A DNA stretch of 64,000 nucleotides, taken from the NCBI GenBank assembly GCA_017999615.1, contig JAGNLM010000003.1, positions 166,793 through 230,792 on the forward strand. The letters run 5' to 3'. A program made the translations under genes and the position numbers. This DNA comes from Gammaproteobacteria bacterium (GTDB lineage Bacteria; Pseudomonadota; Gammaproteobacteria; JAABTG01). The notes under the pieces were generated by a model. It was not told the DNA's origin and ran no database searches. It was given only the letters and a program-made list of their open reading frames with translations. Below are positions 10,195 to 16,991 of this stretch, in pieces (within the stretch, counting starts at the first letter, position 1; the number at the start of each line of letters is the position of its first letter).

Positions 10195-10929
10195 TTGGCG
10201 GCCGAACGCCCCCTGCGCGACGTGCCGCTCCTGGCGCTCCTCCTGCTCCTCGCGGGTCTCGCGGCGCAGGTGGCCTGGCACGCCGGGCGCCCCGGCCCGA
10301 CGGCGCGGGCGGAGGCCCTCCCGGATCCGCCCGCCGGGGCGGTGCTGCGGGTCGCGAGCCTCGGCGAGCCGGTGGCGCTCGCCCGCGCCCTGATGCTCTG
10401 GCTGCAGGCCTTCGACAACCAGCCGGGGCTCAGCATCCCCTTCCGCGAGCTGGACTACGGGCGCGTGCGCGCCTGGCTCGGCCGGGTCCTGGACCTCGAC
10501 CCTCGCGGCCAGTACCCGCTGCTCGCGGCGAGCCGGCTCTACGGCGAGGTGCCGGTGCCCGAGAAGCAGCGGCTGATGCTCGACTTCGTCCACGAGCAGT
10601 TTCTCGCCGACCCCGACCGGCGCTGGCCCTGGCTCGCGCACGCGGCCATCGTCGCGCGGCACCGGATGCAGGACCTGCCGCTCGCCCTGAAGTACGCCCG
10701 CGCCATCACCGAGCGGGCGACCGGCCCCTCGGTACCCCCCTGGGCGCGGGACATGACGGTGCTGGTGCTGGAGGAGATGGGAGAGCTCGAGGCGGCGCGG
10801 GTCCTGGTCGGCGGGCTCCTCGAGTCCGGCCGCCTGCAGGACCCCCACGAGGCCCGCTTCCTCGACGGAAAGCTGAGGGAGCTCGAGGCGAAGAGTGTCG
10901 AGAAATCGTCAGATCCGACGAGGAAGTGA
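10195..10929 (+). CDS. Hypothetical membrane-anchored protein
   Basis: TTG 10195 lies 3 nt after the permease stop. One N-terminal TM (VPLLALLLLLAGLAAQVAW), then a helical-repeat-like soluble part. Family not recognised. Confidence 0.45.
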   Translation: MAAERPLRDVPLLALLLLLAGLAAQVAWHAGRPGPTARAEALPDPPAGAVLRVASLGEPVALARALMLWLQAFDNQPGLSIPFRELDYGRVRAWLGRVLDLDPRGQYPLLAASRLYGEVPVPEKQRLMLDFVHEQFLADPDRRWPWLAHAAIVARHRMQDLPLALKYARAITERATGPSVPPWARDMTVLVLEEMGELEAARVLVGGLLESGRLQDPHEARFLDGKLRELEAKSVEKSSDPTRK

Positions 10930-10949
10930 CAACCCCGTCACGGTTTTTT
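10926..10949 (+). terminator. Weak intrinsic terminator candidate
   Basis: GTGAC-N6-GTCAC followed by GG+TTTTTT. A T6 run is rare in this GC-rich DNA. It sits between convergent genes. Confidence 0.35.
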
Positions 10950-10984
10950 CATGGGCCGACGCGACCGGCTCCGCCCGCCCCGCC

Positions 10985-12271
10985 TCACACCGCCGGTCGC
11001 GTCGGGACCGAGGCGAACCCGTCCGGGGCGTCCGGGTCGAGCTCCCCTGACCACCCGGTCGGCCGCGGGCCCTGGGTGAAGACCCGCAGGTTGTTCAGGT
11101 ACAGCCCGTAGAGCCGGTCCTCGGGGTGCTCGGCCCAGAGCCGCCCGAACCGCGTCACCGCCTCGTCCCAGCGCCGCGCGTAGAAGCTCGCGAGCGCCCG
11201 CTCGTGGTCGGCGAGCCAGCGGGTGACCTCGGGGGTCAGGGATTCCTGCTCCCCGACCGGCTGGTACAGGCGAAAGCCGTCCGTTTTGCCGCGCACCCGC
11301 AGGGTCCCCACCTCGCGATAGACGAGGTCGGGCGCACCGGCGCGGGTCGACTCGGTCACCAGGACGTCGGCGTGCGTCTCCCGGGTCAGGGCCTGCACCC
11401 GGGCGGCGACGTTCACCGGGTCGCCGACCACGGTGTAGGCGACGCGGTAGCGCGAGCCCATGTTGCCGACGCTCATGGTGCCGGAGTTGATCCCGATCCC
11501 CATCTCCACCGCGGGCGCGCCGCGGCGCGTGAGGTCCGCCCGCAGGCAGGCGAGCGCCTGCTGCATCTCCACCGCCGCCAGCACGGCGTGCTGCGCGTGG
11601 CTCGGGTCGCGCAGGGGCGCGCCCCAGAAGGCCATCAGCGCGTCGCCGATGTACTTGTCGATGGTCCCGCCGTGGCGGTGCACGACCTCGGTGAGCGGCG
11701 TGAAGACGTCGTTCAGGAGCTGGACCAGCTGGCGCGGCTCGAGCCGCTCGGCGATGGCGGTGAAGTCGCGGATGTCCGCGAAGAGCACCGTCATCTCCCG
11801 GGCCTCGCCGTCCATGGAGAAGCCCTCCGGGTCTTCGGCCAGGGCCTGCGCCACCTGGGCCGGCACGTACTGGCCGAAGCGGGCGGCGAGCTGCCGGCGG
11901 TCGCGGGTCTCGAAGACGTAGCTCGCCAGCACCGTCAGGGCGAAGATCACCAGGGCCGCGAGCAGCGCGTGCTCCATGGGCACCAGGGCCCCGGACTGGG
12001 GGCGCGTGAAGCCGAGGTACACGGCCGGTGCCACGGCGGCGAGGGTGAGGAGGGAGGCCTGCAGGGGCCGGAGTGCGGGCAGGCCCAGGGCGAGGATGAG
12101 CCCGCTGACCGCGAGGCTCACGAGCTCCGGGCTCCCGAGCGCCTCGGCGAGGGGGACCTGGTAGGCTGCGCGGGCGAGGAAGAGCGTGAGCGCCAGCAGC
12201 CCTGCGACCGCCTGCAGGGCGTAGCGGGTGCCGTCGATCTTGCGGCCGGTGCTGCGGCGCTGGCTGGCCAT
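10985..12271 (-). CDS. Membrane-bound class III adenylate/guanylate cyclase
   Basis: About 4 N-terminal TM segments. Catalytic core MTVLFADIRDFT, IDKYIGDALMAFWGAP, YTVVGDPVNVAARVQ. About 90-aa C-terminal extension. Confidence 0.85.
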   Translation of the reverse strand: MASQRRSTGRKIDGTRYALQAVAGLLALTLFLARAAYQVPLAEALGSPELVSLAVSGLILALGLPALRPLQASLLTLAAVAPAVYLGFTRPQSGALVPMEHALLAALVIFALTVLASYVFETRDRRQLAARFGQYVPAQVAQALAEDPEGFSMDGEAREMTVLFADIRDFTAIAERLEPRQLVQLLNDVFTPLTEVVHRHGGTIDKYIGDALMAFWGAPLRDPSHAQHAVLAAVEMQQALACLRADLTRRGAPAVEMGIGINSGTMSVGNMGSRYRVAYTVVGDPVNVAARVQALTRETHADVLVTESTRAGAPDLVYREVGTLRVRGKTDGFRLYQPVGEQESLTPEVTRWLADHERALASFYARRWDEAVTRFGRLWAEHPEDRLYGLYLNNLRVFTQGPRPTGWSGELDPDAPDGFASVPTRPAV

Positions 12272-12387
12272 GGGGTCAGTTCACAGGGCTCTGCCCGGGG
12301 AGTCTAGCAGCAAGACCCGGGCCCGCCCCTTTCCACGACCCACGAACTACGACCCAGAACCCACGATCCAGAACCCACGGCGCGTGA

Positions 12388-12403
12388 TGGCACGGATATC
12401 GCA
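12388..12403 (+). promoter_or_regulatory. Sigma-54 (RpoN) -24/-12 promoter candidate for the pilin gene
   Basis: TGGCACggataTCGCA versus consensus TGGCAC-N5-TTGCW (GG-N10-GC intact), 68 nt upstream of ATG 12471. Three GTGGGT repeats (bottom strand, about 12330-12385) lie upstream as possible enhancer-binding-protein sites. Confidence 0.55.
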
Positions 12404-12470
12404 TCTTGAATCGCCACCGATTCACCGAAAACCGGTCGGTACGGACAACAACCCGGCGGGAGGAAACGCC

Positions 12471-13211
12471 ATGACGCGCAGACAGCACGGCTTCACCCTG
12501 GTCGAGATCGCCATCGTCCTGGTGATCATCGGCCTGCTCCTCGGCGGCATCCTGAAGGGCCAGGAGCTCATCAACTCCGCCCGCGTGCGGAACATCGCCG
12601 ACACCAACTCGGGGATCCAGGCGGCCTACTTCGGGTTCATCGACCGGTATCGGGCGGTGCCGGGGGATATGACTCAAGCTGCGGCTGAAGCGGCGATCGG
12701 ACAGGATATGAACTCGGGGGGTAACAACAACGGCCGTTTAGACGCGGTGGGCGGAAGTGACTTGGTCGAGGCCGCTGCGCTCTGGGAGCACCTGTGGAAG
12801 GCTGGCTTCATTCAGGGCAGCTACGATGGTACGGCGACCGCCCTTACGGACTATCCGGGGGTGGCACCGAAGAATCCGTTCAACGGATCTATTATTTTGT
12901 ACCGGACGTCAGATTATCGAGACAACAAGCCCGCCACGCCATCCGTTCGGTTGAACTTGATGTTGGGCCAGAACATCCCTGCGAGCATCGCGCGCGAGCT
13001 CGATGTGAAGGTCGACGACGCACGGCCGCTGACCGGGGTCCTGAGGCTCGCCCCAAAGACTGCTGCGACTTTCACGACTCTCGCTTCGGCTGACGACGAC
13101 TGCATCGATTTCACGGCAGGTGCAAACCCAGGTGATCCGCCAAGTGCTTACGGGAATGAGTACGATATCAAGAAGGACCATCAGGACTGCCCAGTGGTGT
13201 TCTTGTACTAG
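12471..13211 (+). CDS. Type IV pilin (long, 246 aa) with C-terminal disulfide loop
   Basis: GGGAGG Shine-Dalgarno. MTRRQHG|FTLVEIAIVLVIIGLLLGG has a 7-aa leader and Glu5. Two Cys near the C-terminus (DDDC...HQDC) resemble the D-region loop of type IVa pilins. The 3' half is visibly A/T-richer than the surrounding DNA. Confidence 0.85.
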   Translation: MTRRQHGFTLVEIAIVLVIIGLLLGGILKGQELINSARVRNIADTNSGIQAAYFGFIDRYRAVPGDMTQAAAEAAIGQDMNSGGNNNGRLDAVGGSDLVEAAALWEHLWKAGFIQGSYDGTATALTDYPGVAPKNPFNGSIILYRTSDYRDNKPATPSVRLNLMLGQNIPASIARELDVKVDDARPLTGVLRLAPKTAATFTTLASADDDCIDFTAGANPGDPPSAYGNEYDIKKDHQDCPVVFLY

Positions 13212-13226
13212 CGTGGGAACAAACGC

Positions 13227-13260
13227 AAAAAAGGGGTCGAACTGAATATTCGACCCCTTC
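13227..13260 (+). terminator. Hairpin formed by a GGGGTCGAA repeat element; probable terminator of the pilin gene
   Basis: AAGGGGTCGAA-ctgaata-TTCGACCCCTT followed by CTCCTC, 16 nt after the pilin stop. Same repeat family as 14845-14858 and 16956-17069. Confidence 0.55.
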
Positions 13261-13349
13261 TCCTCCCGGTAATCCGGACAAGTAGCGCCGGACGCTCGCC
13301 CCGATTTCGCCCATGGCAGTCGGTCCATGACCGACGAGGTCCAAGACCT

Positions 13350-13428
13350 CATCCTCGAACCGCTCCGCGCTCTTCAAAACCGGGTCGGAAGCCTGCGGCA
13401 TCGCGATGCGCAGCGAGCTCAGCGACGT
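13350..13428 (+). repeat. 79-nt direct repeat, copy A
   Basis: CATCCTCGAACCGCTC...CTGCGGCATCGCGATGCGCAGCGAGCTCAGCGACGT. Matches 14864-14942 with about 6 mismatches. Contains the 12-nt palindrome GCATCGCGATGC. Confidence 0.9.
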
Positions 13429-13658
13429 CAGGAATCGGATCGGACGTCTCGAGTCAGCCATGATCGAAGTCCGACGCGACGAGGCCGGAACGGCGGAGAT
13501 CGATCCTCCCCCGCATCCGTCAACCCCGAACCGACATCTCCCTACGGGAGGATGAGAAGGCTCGCCTCTTCGTCAGTGTCGAATGCCAGCAGATGCGCTC
13601 GATGCCGGAGTAGCATCGATAGGATCAGCGTCAGTTCCGGCATTTCCCACATGCAGCT

Positions 13659-13892
13659 TCACGCTACCGAAGAGGCCGCCAGCCGTCGCTCACGAGCGGC
13701 CGCGAAGGCCAGGGCAGCACGAATGTGCTCGGGGCGGAGGTCGGGGAAGTCTGCGAGGATCTCTGCCTCGGACATGCCACCCGCCAGGTATTCGAGGATG
13801 TCGTAGACGGTGATTCGCGTGCCACGAATGCACGGCTTACCCGAGCGAACCCCCGGCGAGATGGAAATGTAATCTTCCCAGACCACGCTCAT
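13659..13892 (-). CDS. DUF433-family putative antitoxin
   Basis: ISISPGVRSGKPCIRGTRITVYDILEYLAGGMSEAEILADFPDLRPEHIRAAL is the canonical DUF433 core. Confidence 0.8.
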   Translation of the reverse strand: MSVVWEDYISISPGVRSGKPCIRGTRITVYDILEYLAGGMSEAEILADFPDLRPEHIRAALAFAAARERRLAASSVA

Positions 13893-13910
13893 ACCCTAGT
13901 CGCGGTGCCG

Positions 13911-14087
13911 TCACGATGCAGGGCGGCCAATCTTCCCCCTGTCGGCCGCTTGCTGGCCCTGGAAACAGGTCTGATGGTAGACGCTGTCGTCGCTGTCGTT
14001 GCGGGGGAAGGCGAGGTCGCTCTCCGCCTGCTCGAGCCAGCGCGCCGCTGCAGCCTTCGGGTCGCGAAGTCTGTTGATGTCCCGCTT
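13911..14087 (-). pseudogene. HEPN-domain toxin remnant (no start codon, diverges and stops after about 58 codons)
   Basis: Immediately after the vapC stop and in the same frame: KRDINRLRDPKAAAARWLEQAESDLAFPRNDSDDSVYHQTCFQGQQAADRGK. It resembles the HEPN N-terminal half (WLxxAxxDLxxA...Y..aCFhaQQAaEKaLK). No ATG/GTG/TTG start, and the C-terminal half is absent. Confidence 0.5.
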
Positions 14088-14525
14088 TCAGGCACCGCCC
14101 GGAAACGGCACGCTCATGCCCAAGACCCGCGCGGCCTTGTTGAGCCGGATGTCGAAAGACAGGAAGGCGACCGGCATCTGCGCGATCCGCATGGTTTCGT
14201 GGGCAGCGGCCAACTGCACGCTGTCGTAGGCGCGCAGCGCAAACGCGTCGGCGTATTCGCCGGCTTGCTCCACCACCGCTTGGGTGACCTCCAGAACCAG
14301 GAAGCTCGGCCAGTCCCGGGCCAGCGCCTGTTTCGCCATCTCGATGGCGGGGCGGTCGACTGGAGTCTCGCGGGCCCGGCGCGAGAACGCGGCGTGGGCC
14401 TCGGCCCACGCAAAGCGGCAGACGGCGACCGCCTCAGCGCCTGCCGCCAGCTCTGCCACGGCGTCGCTGTCCGGCTCGACGACGTAGAGCTTGACCAGGG
14501 CCGAGGTGTCGCAGTACCCGATCAC
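14088..14525 (-). CDS. vapC: PIN-domain toxin VapC
   Basis: GTG 14525 gives VIGYCDTSALVKLYVVEPDSD...AYDSVQLAAA...FLSFDIRL. This is the PIN acidic-residue pattern. The start overlaps the upstream antitoxin stop (GTGA). Confidence 0.85.
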   Translation of the reverse strand: MIGYCDTSALVKLYVVEPDSDAVAELAAGAEAVAVCRFAWAEAHAAFSRRARETPVDRPAIEMAKQALARDWPSFLVLEVTQAVVEQAGEYADAFALRAYDSVQLAAAHETMRIAQMPVAFLSFDIRLNKAARVLGMSVPFPGGA

Positions 14526-14785
14526 CCCCGGTCCTCGATCACGATGGTGGAAACCGCGGGGCCGCTCGCTGCAAGCTCGATCCGGGCGCCGGCCGGTTTG
14601 CCGCCGCCCCACACGGCTGCCCCGGCCGCGACCAAGCTCGGGATCCCCCTCTCCGCCGCCGCTTGTACCCCGCTAACGCGCGCGACCACCTTGCGGTAGG
14701 CCGTGACCTCAATGACCTGCCCCGCGCGAGCCTGGGCGAGGTACCGCTACAAATGAGCTTTGAACTCGCGAATTGGAACGTGCAT
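14522..14785 (-). pseudogene. Phd/YefM-like antitoxin reading frame interrupted by an in-frame TAG at codon 13
   Basis: ATG 14785 gives MHVPIREFKAHL-TAG(14749..14747)[27 protein letters not shown]...STIVIEDRG-TGA. The N-terminus fits the MxxVxIxEFKxxLSxYLxxAxxGxxVxIT pattern. There is no canonical restart (ATG/GTG/TTG) in the first ~18 codons after the TAG. Confidence 0.7.
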
Positions 14786-14844
14786 TGGTGACCCATACTG
14801 CGCTCGTGACCGCCATATTGTAGTCTCAAACGGCGGCTGACGGA

Positions 14845-14858
14845 GAAAAGGGGTCGAA
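14845..14858 (+). repeat. Half-copy of the GGGGTCGAA repeat element
   Basis: GAAAAGGGGTCGAA lies 5 nt upstream of 79-nt repeat copy B. Confidence 0.6.
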
Positions 14859-14863
14859 AACCG

Positions 14864-14942
14864 CATCCTCGAACCGCTCGGCGCTCTCCAAACCCAGGTC
14901 GCAAGCCTGCGGCATCGCGATGCGCAGCGAGCTCAGCGACGT
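14864..14942 (+). repeat. 79-nt direct repeat, copy B
   Basis: Aligns base for base with 13350-13428. Similarity stops abruptly at 14942, 6 nt from the 3' end of the HigA-like fragment. Confidence 0.9.
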
Positions 14943-14947
14943 GTCGC

Positions 14948-15187
14948 CTACCTGGCGTCTCGGGGCAGGACGTCGCGGGTGATCCGATCCCCGGCGGCGA
15001 GCTCCGCGGTCCGAAGGTCGTACGCAGCCTGCAGATTGAGCCAGGACTGGGCGTCGGTGCCGAAGTGGCGTGCAAGCCGCAGGGCGGTGTCGCCGGTGAT
15101 GCCGCGGCGCCCCCGCACGCTGTCGTTGACCCTCACATGATCAATGGGGCCAGAGATCATTGATCCGACTTCGCGGGCCCCATGCAC
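14948..15187 (-). pseudogene. HigA-family (XRE HTH) antitoxin fragment lacking its N-terminal part and lacking a HigB partner
   Basis: HVRVNDSVRGRRGITGDTALRLARHFGTDAQSWLNLQAAYDLRTAE matches the C-terminal two-thirds of HigA/VapI antidote proteins (..RINDIVRGRRGITADTALRLARYFGTS.QFWLNLQ..YDL). The frame opens only 15 nt after the stop of the upstream PIN gene, in the same frame. Confidence 0.6.
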
Positions 15188-15202
15188 GGCGGAGCCCCTC
15201 GG

Positions 15203-15643
15203 TCAGCCATGTCGCGTCCCGCTATCGACAAGCCGCAAGGCTTCCGCTGGCGGCACGATCGGAATCTCCCGGTATCGGTGCAGAGAGAGCAAGTCCTCAT
15301 CTCCGGAAACGATCATGTCACTCTGGCCGAACACAGCCAGGGCGAGCACCGCATCGTCATCGGGGTCGCGCGACACTGGCCCCGGAAGGGGAGGCGTGTC
15401 GATTATCTCGGCCAGTTCTTGAAGGCTGGTCAGTACCTGCTGCGGGGAGATCCCCGATCGCGAGAGGATGAGGTCAAACTTCGGTCGCTGAAGTACATCA
15501 ATGAGCTCGGTCAAGAGCGCCGAGCTGCACAAAAGAGTCAGCTGTCCATCGCGCACGCGCTCCAGAATCGTGTGGGGTGGCCCGCGCCATAACAAACCGG
15601 ACAGCAAGACATTGGTGTCAAGGACGATCCGCACGGCGATCAC
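15203..15643 (-). CDS. PIN-domain toxin (TIGR00305-like putative toxin family)
   Basis: RIVLDTNVLLSGLLWRGPP...LLTELIDVLQRPKF...DPDDDAVLALAVFGQSDMIVSGDEDLL. Confidence 0.8.
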   Translation of the reverse strand: MIAVRIVLDTNVLLSGLLWRGPPHTILERVRDGQLTLLCSSALLTELIDVLQRPKFDLILSRSGISPQQVLTSLQELAEIIDTPPLPGPVSRDPDDDAVLALAVFGQSDMIVSGDEDLLSLHRYREIPIVPPAEALRLVDSGTRHG

Positions 15644-15905
15644 GCTCCCGGCGCGACGCCTTGACCTCGGCGTTGATCTCCCCGATGGACATCGGTGCGA
15701 TCCCCGCTGCCGCCACCCGCTCTGCTATCAATAGCAAGGAGTCCGCTGCCCGCCTGCCGCGGATCGCCTCATTGAGTAGCCGCTCGAGCGCTTCGGGTGT
15801 GAGCAGCCCAGCCTTGCGCGCAGCGTCTACGACCGCGTCGGGTAACTCCATCTGGATCTTCGTCACAACGGTGTCTCCGGTAAGGTAACGCGGTGAATCG
15901 GCCAT
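15618..15905 (-). CDS. Putative cognate antitoxin of the 15203 PIN toxin
   Basis: Small ORF directly upstream of the PIN gene and overlapping it. MELPDAVVDAARKAGLLTPEALERLLNEAIR is ribbon/helix antitoxin-like. The true start may be the internal ATG (codon 19). Confidence 0.5.
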   Translation of the reverse strand: MADSPRYLTGDTVVTKIQMELPDAVVDAARKAGLLTPEALERLLNEAIRGRRAADSLLLIAERVAAAGIAPMSIGEINAEVKASRRERDRRADRP

Positions 15906-16163
15906 GTATCGATGGTGTCCGATCTCATCGAGTAACCCCCCATGGTGACGACAATGTCATCTCCTTAACCTGCGGTCATACCCTAGTCGGAGCGCCGGCT
16001 CGGCGCAAGAACGGCGTGCCCTTGACGCGGCGGTGAGCCGGTGGCTCAGTCTCGCTCCGGTGGCCGCCGGGGGCTGAGCGAACCCCCGTTCTCCAGGGCG
16101 CGCGCGTGTGCCTTCCGCGCGGACGGGTGAACCGGTCTCTCGCTCGGTATAGGATTTGCCCTC

Positions 16164-16991
16164 ATGGCCACTCCTACCTCTACCTCTACCCCCACGGCCA
16201 CGGCAAGCCGCACCCCCGTCCGGGCTTCCGCGCCCGTTCCCGCCCCTGCCCCCGTTCCTGCCCTCGCCATCGAGTCGGTGGCCAAGTCCTTCGGACGGCA
16301 GCCGGTGCTGGAGCGCGTGACGCTCACGGTGAGCGCGGGGGAGTTCGTGGGGCTCGTGGGCCTGAACGGGGCGGGCAAGACGACCCTCATCAAGGGGCTC
16401 CTCGACTTCGCGGCGCTGGACGCGGGGACCATCTCGATCTTCGGCGTCGACCACCGGCGCACGCGGGCCCGCGAGCGCCTCGCGTTCCTGCCCGAGCGCT
16501 TCAACCCCCCCTACTTCCTCACCGGTCGGGACTTCCTCGCCCACATGGCGAAGCTCCACGGGCGGGGCCACGAGGAGGAAGAGGTGCTCGAGACCGTCGA
16601 GGGGCTCGACCTCGACCCCGCCGCGCTTGCGAGGCCGGTGCGCTCCTACTCCAAGGGCATGGCCCAGAAGCTCGGTCTCGCGGCGACGCTGCTGAGCGGG
16701 CGTGACCTCTACGTGCTGGACGAGCCCATGAGCGGTCTCGACCCGCGGGCCCGGGCGCTCTTCAAGCGCCGGCTGCTCGGCCTGCGCGAGCAGGGGCGGA
16801 CCGTCTTCTTCAGCACCCATCTGCTCACCGACGTGGACGACCTCTGCGACCGCCTCGCGGTGCTGCACGAGGGCCGCGTGCGGTTCCTCGGCACGCCCCA
16901 GGAGTGCTGCCGGCGCTACGAGGCCTTTTCCCTGGAGCAGGCCTTCCTGCAGTGCATCGAAAAGGGGTCCATCGAAAAGGGGTCGAACTGA
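16164..16991 (+). CDS. ABC transporter ATP-binding protein (orphan; no permease adjacent)
   Basis: Walker A GLNGAGKTT, signature YSKGMAQKL, Walker B LYVLDEPMSGLD, H-loop STHLL. Low-complexity N-terminal extension TPTSTSTPTATASRTPVRASAPVPAPAPVPA. The last 11 codons and the stop are encoded by repeat-element DNA. Confidence 0.9.
   Translation: MATPTSTSTPTATASRTPVRASAPVPAPAPVPALAIESVAKSFGRQPVLERVTLTVSAGEFVGLVGLNGAGKTTLIKGLLDFAALDAGTISIFGVDHRRTRARERLAFLPERFNPPYFLTGRDFLAHMAKLHGRGHEEEEVLETVEGLDLDPAALARPVRSYSKGMAQKLGLAATLLSGRDLYVLDEPMSGLDPRARALFKRRLLGLREQGRTVFFSTHLLTDVDDLCDRLAVLHEGRVRFLGTPQECCRRYEAFSLEQAFLQCIEKGSIEKGSN

Noticed and set aside
10985-12271. Is the class III cyclase a Pycsar/CBASS-like defence cyclase?
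   Set aside because: It has a multi-TM N-terminus and a long C-terminal extension, like housekeeping signalling cyclases. No adjacent effector with a cNMP-binding, TIR or TM-effector domain is present, and the neighbouring genes are unrelated.
13327-13806. The 159-aa + strand ORF spanning repeat copy A and running antisense to the DUF433 gene.
   Set aside because: After the first about 25 residues the translation is Arg/Ser-rich and does not look like protein, and it overlaps the well-supported DUF433 gene on the other strand. Only the short internal frame (13406-13555) looks protein-like, and it is mentioned under the repeat finding.
13350-14942. Could the TA island be an integron cassette array, with the 79-nt repeats acting as attC sites?
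   Set aside because: There is no intI-like integrase or attI in the window. The repeats lack the RYYYAAC/GTTRRRY core sites and the extended imperfect R''-L''/L'-R' symmetry of attC. Cassette boundaries do not coincide with repeat copies. The idea is retained only as 'repeat-flanked segment'.
13889-15987. An exact 14-nt match TCATACCCTAGTCG at 13889-13902 and 15974-15987, the first overlapping the DUF433 start codon and the second lying ~70 nt upstream of the 15905 antitoxin start.
   Set aside because: A 14-mer self-match is expected several times by chance in a 64-kb window searched on both strands (about 4e9 comparisons times 4^-14, and more with GC bias). The flanks do not align, so this is not treated as a junction motif without genome-wide support.
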